Source: Myxococcota bacterium
GTDB lineage: Bacteria > Myxococcota_C > UBA6777
Direction of reading: 5' to 3'
Assembly (NCBI GenBank): GCA_023150835.1
Contig: JAKLKB010000004.1
Coordinates: 1 to 64,000 of the forward strand
Length of the DNA stretch: 64,000 nt
Both the position numbers and the translations under genes were made by a program. The stretch's first letter is position 1. Every line of letters begins with the position of its first letter. This document shows positions 19,935 to 28,809 of this stretch, in pieces. Under the pieces are notes generated by a model, which saw only the letters and a list, made by a program, of their open reading frames with translations, made no database searches and was not told the origin of the DNA.

Positions 19935-22043
19935 TCAACGCCTTGCCCTTCTCCAAGGCGTGAACGCATCCTTCTGATCTCGCGGATACACCGAACGTTG
20001 TGTACGCGAACGCCGCAAAGCATCTGCTTCTTGGGAAGAAGAAGTCTGCGGGTTGTGTGGAATACCGCCTCCTCCGATCACAGGGCCATCGATCACCGCG
20101 ATGTTATCTTTCACCATCCAATCGGGCTGCGGCGGTGGTTCTTGAGAATACTCCTCAGGCCACACGGGATCGGGGTTCGGCTCGGGTTCGGGAGTGTACT
20201 CCTCAGGCCACACGGGATCGGGGTTCGGCTCGGGTTCGGGAGCGTACTCGTCTGGCCACACCGGATCGGGGTTCGGCTCGGGTTCGGGAGCGTACTCGTC
20301 TGGCCACACCGGATCGGGGTTCGGCTCGGGTTCGGGAGCATACTCGTCTGGCAACACTGGGTCAGGGATGTGCTTGTCTGGCAACACTGGCTCAGGGTCG
20401 ATCTCTGGGGCGTACTCGTCTGGCAACACTGGTTCAGGATCGGGTCCCGCTTCGGCGGGGGTCGCGCTCTCTTCGGGGCGATTCTCGGTTTTCGGTTCCG
20501 CAACCGGTTCTGGCAGCAGCTCTTTCAGCGGCTCCGTTGATGGTTCTTTCAGCGGCTCTTTCAGCGGCTCCGGGGATGGGTCAGGCTCCGATCCATCCAC
20601 GGGGTTCTCTTCAGGTGGGTGTTCTACAGTCGGTGTTTCGCCGGCATCTTGGACGGGTTCGGATGATTCTTGTGCGACTTCTTCAGGAACACGTTCAGGC
20701 GATATCTCTTTTGGCTTCTCTCGCTCAGGCACGCAGGGATACGGCTGTTTGTTTCTGTCTTCGCAAATAGTGCCGCCCTCGGCTTCGATACATCGATCCC
20801 CTTCTAGGCAACGGCAAGAACAGCCCCCACAATGCGATGGATCGAACCTCTCAACGCACAACTCCTTGCCATCGGGGTCTTTGCAGATCCGTTTGGGTTC
20901 GTTGCAGTTTTGTGTGCATGTTCCACCGGCACAGCCGCTTTTCCCTCCGTCACAAGAAACACCGCAGTTTCCGCAATGAAGAGCGTCTGTGGTGATGTCC
21001 ACGCACGTTCCCCCGCAACATCGCAACGCTTCAAGACCACACTCTCCTGTAGGATTCAAAGGAGAGCAAGGGCACACGACTTTGCCGCTCAACCCAAGGA
21101 CCGTTTCCATACAGCGACCACTGCAACACTTGAGCAGGCCGTTGTTCGGGACTTTTGGATCGTTGGTCGGGCAATCTGCATCACTCACACAATTGCATCC
21201 CTCGTCTGTTTTTCCGTCGCAATCTTCGTCTTTTCCGTTGGGTTTTCCGTCAGGCAGACAGCTTTCCTCCGAAGGCAACACAGATCCCGCGCACTCCTCT
21301 TGCCACGCCCCTCCCTTGCAAACCTGCGTGCCTTCTTGACAATTGCCGATCCCGCGCAAAGCGATCGGGCCTGCGTAACATTTTCTTGTCTCGCCATCCG
21401 AACATGGAGGACAAACGGAGCCTTCGTCGACTTTTCCATCACAGTCGTTGTCGTTGCTGTCACAGATCTCAGGCTGAGGAAGTCGTTGCTCAAAACAGCG
21501 ACTCCATCGATTGTTGGTGTCACAGAACTGCACGCCACTGCGACAGTTTCCAAAGTTTTTCGTCACAGAAGGCCCCGAATAACAAGACCGACTCGCTCCT
21601 TTTTCGAGACATTGGCAGTTATCGGGCTGCTCGACGCCGCTGGGATCGACATAACGGGCTTTGTTGTCGACTTGGCCGTCGCAATCGTTATCGATCCCAT
21701 CGCAGATCTCGACGCTTGGTGTCACTTCGCCAAGGCAAGGCCCCCAGCGACCGTGTTGTTCGCATGTCCGCTGTCCAGCCTTGCAAGGCGTTTGTTTGGC
21801 CGTCTGCGCGGGGGTTCCCGTATAACAAATTTCTGTTGCCCCGCTCTTGCATTCTTGAGCGCTACAAACGCCTTCAAAGCAAAACCGATCGACGCCGCTT
21901 CCCTTGCAATCTTCGGCGGTTTCACAGGCACGACCCGCCCGACCGCATTGGCAATGCGGAACAAAAAGCATGGCCCACACACAAAGACCGATCAACCACC
22001 CTCTTTGACCTTGTATCCGATGTATTCGTTTTTTCTGCATCAC
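19935..22043 (-). CDS. Cys-rich (MopE-like putative metal-binding repeat) surface protein with acidic Pro-rich tandem repeats
   Basis: Signal peptide with HCQC; EICDGIDNDCDGQVD-type repeats; HCGNCGVSC motif; 16-aa PEPEPNPDPVWPDEYA repeats. Confidence 0.82.
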   Translation of the reverse strand: MMQKKRIHRIQGQRGWLIGLCVWAMLFVPHCQCGRAGRACETAEDCKGSGVDRFCFEGVCSAQECKSGATEICYTGTPAQTAKQTPCKAGQRTCEQHGRWGPCLGEVTPSVEICDGIDNDCDGQVDNKARYVDPSGVEQPDNCQCLEKGASRSCYSGPSVTKNFGNCRSGVQFCDTNNRWSRCFEQRLPQPEICDSNDNDCDGKVDEGSVCPPCSDGETRKCYAGPIALRGIGNCQEGTQVCKGGAWQEECAGSVLPSEESCLPDGKPNGKDEDCDGKTDEGCNCVSDADCPTNDPKVPNNGLLKCCSGRCMETVLGLSGKVVCPCSPLNPTGECGLEALRCCGGTCVDITTDALHCGNCGVSCDGGKSGCAGGTCTQNCNEPKRICKDPDGKELCVERFDPSHCGGCSCRCLEGDRCIEAEGGTICEDRNKQPYPCVPEREKPKEISPERVPEEVAQESSEPVQDAGETPTVEHPPEENPVDGSEPDPSPEPLKEPLKEPSTEPLKELLPEPVAEPKTENRPEESATPAEAGPDPEPVLPDEYAPEIDPEPVLPDKHIPDPVLPDEYAPEPEPNPDPVWPDEYAPEPEPNPDPVWPDEYAPEPEPNPDPVWPEEYTPEPEPNPDPVWPEEYSQEPPPQPDWMVKDNIAVIDGPVIGGGGIPHNPQTSSSQEADALRRSRTQRSVYPRDQKDAFTPWRRARR

Positions 22044-22100
22044 TCACCCTCAAGATCACTCAAACAACACAACCTATCGCGGACAGAAAAACAACACCTT

Positions 22101-23819
22101 TCAAAAAAGCATCCGCGCAGATGGATATCGCTTCTTTGCCAGAAAGCGCCACCCAAACACCCACAGGCCCAACAAAAAGCACCACCATACTCCGCTGCGA
22201 TCCGAGAGGTCGGCTCCGCTACAACCGCAGCCCGAAGGCGAGATATCGCGCTCCAAGAACAAGACCCCGCCGTCGCCGCTTTGGTCACCCTCCAGAGACA
22301 CGATCTCCCCGCCATCGGCTGTTTGCTCTTTGGGCGGCTGTTCGGAAACAGGCTCCGAAGAGATATCTTGCACGGGATCTTCTTTTGCGGATTCTGCGGC
22401 ACTCGACTCTTCGTTGCATACGTCGTCCTCGTCGACTTGACCGTTACAGTCGTTGTCGATCTTGTCGCAGCGTTCGGGCTGAGGAGGTGTTTGAGGCTCA
22501 CAGCGCAGCCCTTGTGCATCGCATCGCCACGCCCCTTGTGCGCAAGGCCCCTTGAGCGCGGTCACACAGGCGATCGGCTGTGTGTCATCAGGGATCCGCA
22601 CCACAAACCGCAGCTTTGGGCCAAAGGGGCGTTTGCCATCTCCGACAAGCTGCCACACACTTTCGTACATCCCGGGCTGGACGGGGGCAGAAAAAATTAA
22701 CGAAAAAGTCGTGTCTTGCCCAACAGCCACTTGCGATAAGCTCGCTTGCTGTAAGCTGATCTGCGGATCCAACCCAAAGCGTTCTCCGCTTTGATGGGCC
22801 AAACGCAGCGCCAGACCGGGCCGCGTGACCCCCACGTCCTGCCAAGCGTACGTTCCTGTGTTTTGGACTTTCCAAGAAACACGGATCTGTTGAGCAGGGC
22901 AAGCCAAGAAATTGTCGGGCTGTTCGGATTTTTGCGCATCACTTTGCAAAGACATCGCCGACGCATCGAGCTTTTGCGTCAGATCCAACAAGATCCCGAT
23001 GTGGTTGGCGACTTTACGCTCGCTCGGTTCGTTCGAGGGGCGTTGATTGGCCAGTTTTCCATTGAGGATCATGCCCGAACTTCCGCCCCCATCGAGATTA
23101 AGTGCGTTGTGTGCGCCCAACTCCTGCATCAGCCGAGAAAGTGCCACCAACGTCATCCCCAACACAGGCGTTCGCCGCCCCTCGACCATCACAAGATAAA
23201 GCGCGTTTCCATCAGCGCTCAAACCAGCGGCTGTTCGGGGATGTGCTGTGGTACAAAAAGATCCGCATTGTTGATCTTCTGCGGTGGTGCGGAGCTTTCC
23301 TTGGTTTAAGATCACTAGATTTCCCCCCACAACTTCCGTCCATTCGGCTTTTTTGGCGATGGTTTTTCCCGACAGATCGATCTCACAAACTGCCGTCTTC
23401 CCACACGCAAGAAACGACCAACTGTCGGTATCCGCGCTGCCACTCCATGCGATGCCATCGCCCACAGCAAGTCCGATCGGCTTGAGCGTCCCATCGAAAA
23501 AATCGCCATTGACCGCCGCGACCGCTCCCACGCGCTGCGCAAACGCCCCGGGAGTCAAGCCTTTTTCATCGGGCTTGGTCGCACGCACACGCAACCCCGG
23601 CCATGTCAGATCGACGACCAGCGCGTGGATCTCTTTGGGTTCGCTGGTACTGCGGTGAAGATAGCGGATACCGGGAGCTGCTTGCGTCCACACATCTCCC
23701 GCCCAACCGAACGCTGGACCCATCAGCCATCCTGCCAACAACACCACCACAGCCACACCTCGCTGATGACGCAACAACACGGTGTGCTTTAGAAACCAAG
23801 AGCGGATGTTTTTCTTCAT
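22101..23819 (-). CDS. Phosphodiester glycosidase (NAGPA-like) protein with Ig-like domain, Cys-rich repeat and MYXO-CTERM-like tail
   Basis: AAVNGDFF, HPRTAAG, ALNLDGGGSS; WKVQNTGTYAW...PGMYESVWQL (NBR1-like Ig); GCGCS followed by hydrophobic and basic tail. Confidence 0.85.
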   Translation of the reverse strand: MKKNIRSWFLKHTVLLRHQRGVAVVVLLAGWLMGPAFGWAGDVWTQAAPGIRYLHRSTSEPKEIHALVVDLTWPGLRVRATKPDEKGLTPGAFAQRVGAVAAVNGDFFDGTLKPIGLAVGDGIAWSGSADTDSWSFLACGKTAVCEIDLSGKTIAKKAEWTEVVGGNLVILNQGKLRTTAEDQQCGSFCTTAHPRTAAGLSADGNALYLVMVEGRRTPVLGMTLVALSRLMQELGAHNALNLDGGGSSGMILNGKLANQRPSNEPSERKVANHIGILLDLTQKLDASAMSLQSDAQKSEQPDNFLACPAQQIRVSWKVQNTGTYAWQDVGVTRPGLALRLAHQSGERFGLDPQISLQQASLSQVAVGQDTTFSLIFSAPVQPGMYESVWQLVGDGKRPFGPKLRFVVRIPDDTQPIACVTALKGPCAQGAWRCDAQGLRCEPQTPPQPERCDKIDNDCNGQVDEDDVCNEESSAAESAKEDPVQDISSEPVSEQPPKEQTADGGEIVSLEGDQSGDGGVLFLERDISPSGCGCSGADLSDRSGVWWCFLLGLWVFGWRFLAKKRYPSARMLF

Positions 23820-23871
23820 GCGTAGCCTCGTTCGGAGTATGCTGCGTTTCTTTTGCCAAGGATCGGAGTGT

Positions 23872-26232
23872 ATGCAAGACACCCAAAAAGACAAGGACGA
23901 TGCGGAGATGCAACAAAACGGAAGTGCGATGCGCGGATGGTTTGCCATGACGCTTACTTTGAGCGCTTGGTTGGTGTTTTGGTCGCAACCGATGCTTGCG
24001 CGAGCCTATCTTCCGTCGCTTGGGGGGGCCGCTTCGGTGTGGGCCACCAGCCTCTGTTTGTTTCAAGGGCTGTTGTGTGCGGGATATGTCTATGCTCACG
24101 CCTTACGGGTATGGTTGCCTTTGCGGGTGCAAGCCGCCATCCACCTCGGATTATGGGGCCTCGTGATGGTCGGCGCTGGGCCGCTACACATCCCTGCGGC
24201 TCCTCCCGATGCTGCGTGGTTATGGCTTGCAAGCAGCTTGCTCCAAAGCATCGGACCTGCCTTCTTTTGGCTGAGTGCGACCGCTCCTTTGTTGCAACAT
24301 TGGTTTGCGCATCTTTCGCCTGACACAACGCACCGCGATCCTTATCGCTTGTATGTCGCAAGCAACCTCGGATCGTTTCTCGCGCTGCTGGCTTATCCTT
24401 TGTTGATCGAGCTGTTGTGGACGCTTCAAACGCAATGGCTGGTCTGGCGTGCGACCTTTGCTGCGATGGGGATCTTGATCCTGCGCTGCGCGCTCGCTCT
24501 GCCTGCTTTGCGTATTCTTCCGCAGGCTTCGGGCGAAAAACACCATCCCCTCGGTTGGATCTTCTATGCCGCTGTCCCTTCGGCCCTGTTGGTGAGTATT
24601 ACACAATACATCACAACGGATATCGCGCCTGCGCCGATGTTGTGGGTGCTGCCTCTTGCGATGTTTTTGGCGACCTTCGTGTGGGTCTTTTCCACGCGCC
24701 CGATCCCTTGGGAAGGATGCGAGCGCTGGCAAGCGTGGCTTTTGCTGCCTGTGTTGCTGCTCTGGTTGAGTGAAACACGGATGCCTTGGTGGTTTGAGAT
24801 CCCCTTACACGGTGCGTTGTTTTGGGTCAGCGTGTTGCTGTGCCACGCCACGCTCGCCGCAAAACGACCGTCCGAAGGGCAGTTGACACGCTTTTATAGC
24901 TGGATGGCCTTCGGTGGGATGCTCGGTGGGTTGTTTGCGTCCTTGTTGGCTCCGCTGCTGTTTTCCCAAACATGGGAGATGCCGTTGCTGCTATTGCTTG
25001 CATCCTTCGGTCGCAAAGAGGCGATCCCTGAAAAGACCTCCGAAGAACAAGAAGGACTCGCATCCTTCGGTCACAAAGGTGCCATCGCGCCCACCGCATC
25101 CATCGAAAAGCCGCGACATCGGCCTTTTTTGATCACTCCCTCTGCATCGAGAGCGCCCCGACCGTATCGTCGTTTTCTCTGGTGGTTTTTTGGATGCTTT
25201 GCGCTTTCTCCTTTAGGGTTTTTCTTTGATGAACCGCGCATCGTGTTGCAATGGGCCATCGGCTGTATTTTGCTGTTCTTTGCGCCGCTTGGTGGGCTTT
25301 TGTTTCGTTGGATGGGACGCGCTACTGTCGTCGTGAGCATGGCCTTGTTCTTGGGGGTGGCCGCATGGGCGCTGCGCTCCCCCGGTCTGCTGCACCAAGA
25401 TCGCGGATTCTTCGGCCCGATGCGTGTCATCCAAACACCGACGGGCGATGCCCATCTTTTTCTTCATGGTCGAACGCTTCACGGACTCCAGCGCCGCCGA
25501 CCACAACACCCACCGCCACGCGCACTCCCCAACGCCCCAACGCAACACTTCCATCTCGATCCCTCTCCCACCGCTTACTTTTCACACCAAAGCCCACTCG
25601 GTCAGCTTTTTCAAGCACAACGCACCGCGCCACCGCGCCATCTCTGTATCTTTGGCCTTGGGATCGGAACGCTCGCAGCCTACGGCAGAACAGGCGAAAC
25701 GCTCACCTTTTTTGAGATCGATCCAAAAGTCGCGCAGATCGCCCAAGATACTCGCTTCTTTCGCTATCTCTCCCAAAGCCCCGCAAAGATCAACATCCAT
25801 CTGATCGATGCCCGCGCAGGTGCAAGCTCTCTTGCCGATCACAGCGTCGATATCTTGATCCAAGACGCCTTTAGTTCGGACGCTATCCCGTTCCATCTCC
25901 TCACAGCCGAGGCTTTCGCGCTCTACCTGCGCAAACTCAAACCACACGGCTTGTTGGTCTTCCACATCACCAATCAATTTGTCGACCTCGAACCGATCCT
26001 CGCTGAACACTTCGCAGCAACAGGACTCGACGCTCGCATCCAAGAACACAACCCCCCTCGTCGCGAGCGTTTTTCTTTCCCCTCCCGTTGGGTTGTCGCC
26101 ACTGCCCAACCCGCTCTGCTGCAAACACTATGGAAAGACCTGAGATGGCGGAGGCTGCGCCACTTGCATCGACACCACCGATGGACAGATCAACGCAGTA
26201 GCCTGCTTCCTGCCCTCAAGCGACCGTGGTAA
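23872..26232 (+). CDS. Membrane-fused spermidine-synthase-like SAM-dependent methyltransferase
   Basis: QPMLAR...LGGAASVW, DPYRLYVASNLGS, many TM segments, GLGIGTLA, FEIDP, DAFSSDAIPFHLLT, WTD. Confidence 0.88.
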   Translation: MQDTQKDKDDAEMQQNGSAMRGWFAMTLTLSAWLVFWSQPMLARAYLPSLGGAASVWATSLCLFQGLLCAGYVYAHALRVWLPLRVQAAIHLGLWGLVMVGAGPLHIPAAPPDAAWLWLASSLLQSIGPAFFWLSATAPLLQHWFAHLSPDTTHRDPYRLYVASNLGSFLALLAYPLLIELLWTLQTQWLVWRATFAAMGILILRCALALPALRILPQASGEKHHPLGWIFYAAVPSALLVSITQYITTDIAPAPMLWVLPLAMFLATFVWVFSTRPIPWEGCERWQAWLLLPVLLLWLSETRMPWWFEIPLHGALFWVSVLLCHATLAAKRPSEGQLTRFYSWMAFGGMLGGLFASLLAPLLFSQTWEMPLLLLLASFGRKEAIPEKTSEEQEGLASFGHKGAIAPTASIEKPRHRPFLITPSASRAPRPYRRFLWWFFGCFALSPLGFFFDEPRIVLQWAIGCILLFFAPLGGLLFRWMGRATVVVSMALFLGVAAWALRSPGLLHQDRGFFGPMRVIQTPTGDAHLFLHGRTLHGLQRRRPQHPPPRALPNAPTQHFHLDPSPTAYFSHQSPLGQLFQAQRTAPPRHLCIFGLGIGTLAAYGRTGETLTFFEIDPKVAQIAQDTRFFRYLSQSPAKINIHLIDARAGASSLADHSVDILIQDAFSSDAIPFHLLTAEAFALYLRKLKPHGLLVFHITNQFVDLEPILAEHFAATGLDARIQEHNPPRRERFSFPSRWVVATAQPALLQTLWKDLRWRRLRHLHRHHRWTDQRSSLLPALKRPW

Positions 26233-26308
26233 ACGGTGGTATCTATCATGCACCAAAAGTCTATAAACTAGCAGTAGCCTGCTTCCTGCCCTCAAGCGAC
26301 CTTGGTAA
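26195..26308 (+). repeat. 38-bp direct duplication of the gene 3' end separated by a 38-bp AT-rich spacer
   Basis: GCAGTAGCCTGCTTCCTGCCCTCAAGCGACC(G/T)TGGTAA at 26195-26232 and 26271-26308, one mismatch. Confidence 0.9.
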
Positions 26309-26338
26309 GCCGAAATTCAAATATGGATAGCTATTTTC

Positions 26339-27508
26339 TTAGGCTTTCTGTGACGAGACAGCGGCGTGGGCATAATGAAGCAAGGCTGCGACATAAAAAC
26401 GGGCCGCAGCGAAAAGTTCGGCTGTATCGACGTATTCGTGGATGGTGTGCGCTGTTCCCAAGGCTCCGGGACCGACGATCACACAGCGAGCGCCGCGAGC
26501 AACAAGGATGTTGGCGTCCGAATGACTGCGAAAGATATCGCGTGAAGACGACATACCGACAGAACCAAAGGCCCGCTCGGTTAGCTGCATCAGCGGCTCT
26601 TCGGGAGAAAGCGCGAACCCTGCAAAGCGCATCTTCCATTCGCCCCGCACGCCGAGTTTGGGATGACTCGCCTCAAACGCCGCCAACGTGCGATCTACCC
26701 GCGCACAAAAGGCGTCGACATCGACCTTTGGATGAAGATGAAAGTCCACTTCGGCCCGACAAGTCTCAGGGACCGTAAAGTCGGCATTTTCTCCGACAAG
26801 CTCGCGCAACGTAAAAACCATCCATCGAGCGCTCTCTTCCCATCCATCGGGCGCATCCAACTGATCTAGCTCGCGCACCAGATCCATCATCGTCCAGATC
26901 GCATTGTGCCCATACTCCGGGATCGCCGAATGGACGCGCTCGCCGTTGGTATGCAGCGCAAGCTCGCAGTACCCGTAATGTTGCCACGCCATGCGCATAT
27001 CCGTAGGCTCGCCGATCATCACCATCTCAGGCGATGGTCCCGCGTCGACAAAGGTTTGCGATCCTGTGCCGCCTTCTTCTTCGTCCACCAACATCGCCAA
27101 CAAAAGCCCCGGCCCATCGTCGGGATAACCCGCTTGCTTGAGCACAAGAAAGGCTTCCAACATCGCCGCGACACCGCTTTTCATATCCGCAGAACCCAAA
27201 CCCGCGATCCGATCGGCTGTTTGATGCGCTCGATGATCGTCCATGTGCCGCAAAAAGATCGTATCCACATGGCCCATCAAGCAAAACGCTGGCTCACCCT
27301 TGCCTAGACGCACCAGCAGATTGTAATGCCCGCCCTCCACCGCCTGTCGCCGATACGCCAGTCCATGCGCCTCCAACCACCGCTCCAGATACGCCAAGAT
27401 GCCTTCTTCGCCCCTTGGCGGCGAATAGATATCCACCATCTCCACAAGACGGCGCTCCAAACGCACCCGATCCACCAATGACAACGCCCTTTCTAGCAAA
27501 TCCAACAA
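26339..27508 (-). CDS. M20 family metallopeptidase / ArgE-DapE-like deacylase
   Basis: GHVDT, GLGSADMKSG, DEE, GEPT and AHT motifs; start uncertain. Confidence 0.9.
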   Translation of the reverse strand: MLDLLERALSLVDRVRLERRLVEMVDIYSPPRGEEGILAYLERWLEAHGLAYRRQAVEGGHYNLLVRLGKGEPAFCLMGHVDTIFLRHMDDHRAHQTADRIAGLGSADMKSGVAAMLEAFLVLKQAGYPDDGPGLLLAMLVDEEEGGTGSQTFVDAGPSPEMVMIGEPTDMRMAWQHYGYCELALHTNGERVHSAIPEYGHNAIWTMMDLVRELDQLDAPDGWEESARWMVFTLRELVGENADFTVPETCRAEVDFHLHPKVDVDAFCARVDRTLAAFEASHPKLGVRGEWKMRFAGFALSPEEPLMQLTERAFGSVGMSSSRDIFRSHSDANILVARGARCVIVGPGALGTAHTIHEYVDTAELFAAARFYVAALLHYAHAAVSSQKA

Positions 27509-27513
27509 CCGCT

Positions 27514-28770
27514 CTACCCTTTCTTTTTCTCTTCGCGTGTTTGATCCAAACGACGCGCACGACGCCTTTTTCGCACAGAACGCACTCGCGCTTTGGCGTC
27601 TCCCTTCAACGTCTTCCACAAATACACATGCTTTTGCATCTGTTCAAAGCCCTGACGTTGAAAAAACCGAATACCTCGCACGTTGTGGGCGCTGGTGTCC
27701 ACAATAAACATCCGCACATCTTCTTCTTCCAACATCCGATCTTCGATCGCATCCATCAACTGCTGCCCCACCCCTGCCCGCTGCCAGCCGGGAGCCACCC
27801 CCAACCATGTGACATAGCCGTACGTCCACGCCGTCCCTTTGTCGATCGTCGTCCCCATCACAAAGCCCAACAACTGTTCGTTCGGTCCTTCGGCCACCAA
27901 ACAATAATCTGAGTCCGCATGAAACAATCCCGTCACTTCGTACTCATCCCAAGTCCGGTATAACATCGGATAATTCTCTGAAGTAAACAGTTCTTCCCCA
28001 AGGTGAAACACCGCCGCAAGATCATCGATCTCCATATCACGCACCACCACACGAACGCGCTTTCCTTGGATCTCGTTCGTCGTGACCGAGATAATCGACC
28101 TCTCCAGACTCTCCTCTTCCAATTCACGCACCTGTTGCGGTGTGTGCGATCCGTTCGTCTGTTCGCGGTATTCGAGAGCGTCCTCTAGCGGCTTGCGTTC
28201 TTCCCCCTCTCTTTGATCTTCGTATTGCCCCATAAACGCAGCACCGTGGATCGGAGAGTGCGCGGTGGTATGTGCGCTTTCATGCACACGCGCTTCCAAC
28301 CGATGTTCGGGCAAAAACAATGGATTTCTCGAAGAGCGTTCGCCGCTTGCTCTCTCTGCCTCCTCTTGCTCCATCTCAACGAAAGCATCATACGATTCGT
28401 GTCGTAAAGCAGCCGATTCCGTCAGCCCATCAGGCTCTCCCATCGGCTCGATCGGTGATTCCGAAACAATCAATCGCTTTTTACGCGCCCGAGGCTTCAC
28501 TTCTTTGGTTTCTGCCTTTTTCGAGCCTTCTTCAAGGCTACTTTTTTTGACTTTTTTTACAGTCTTCTCTTCGGATTTTTTTTCCGTTTTTTTCTCGATT
28601 TTTTTTCTGGGCTTTTTTTCGACTTTTTTCTCGGTTTCTTTTTTTGGCTTTTTTTCAGGCTTTTTGTCAACTTTTTTCTCCACCTTTTTTGCTGGACTTT
28701 TTGGGGTGGCTTTCTTTCGTTTTTTCGGCGCATTGTTCGCGTTGCGCGTCGTGCGCTTGCGACCAACCAT
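27514..28770 (-). CDS. GNAT acetyltransferase with Lys-rich (histone-like) N-terminal extension
   Basis: C-terminal GNAT (WLGVAPGWQRAGVGQQL...N..GIRFFQRQGF); N-terminal KKVEKK/KKPEKK repeats; AAGGAG RBS upstream of ATG 28770. Confidence 0.82.
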   Translation of the reverse strand: MVGRKRTTRNANNAPKKRKKATPKSPAKKVEKKVDKKPEKKPKKETEKKVEKKPRKKIEKKTEKKSEEKTVKKVKKSSLEEGSKKAETKEVKPRARKKRLIVSESPIEPMGEPDGLTESAALRHESYDAFVEMEQEEAERASGERSSRNPLFLPEHRLEARVHESAHTTAHSPIHGAAFMGQYEDQREGEERKPLEDALEYREQTNGSHTPQQVRELEEESLERSIISVTTNEIQGKRVRVVVRDMEIDDLAAVFHLGEELFTSENYPMLYRTWDEYEVTGLFHADSDYCLVAEGPNEQLLGFVMGTTIDKGTAWTYGYVTWLGVAPGWQRAGVGQQLMDAIEDRMLEEEDVRMFIVDTSAHNVRGIRFFQRQGFEQMQKHVYLWKTLKGDAKARVRSVRKRRRARRLDQTREEKKKG

Positions 28771-28809
28771 GTTCGTTTCTCCTTGTTTTTGGGGGGGGTC
28801 GATACGGCC

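Noticed and set aside
20832-22700. Long plus-strand ORFs (622 aa and 466 aa)
   Set aside because: Antisense shadows of well-supported minus-strand Cys-rich and glycosidase genes; no motifs.
26195-26308. Minimal CRISPR (repeat-spacer-repeat of CRISPR-like sizes)
   Set aside because: The repeat is the coding 3' end of the adjacent gene, is not palindromic, has only two copies and no cas genes are nearby; kept as a duplication scar instead.
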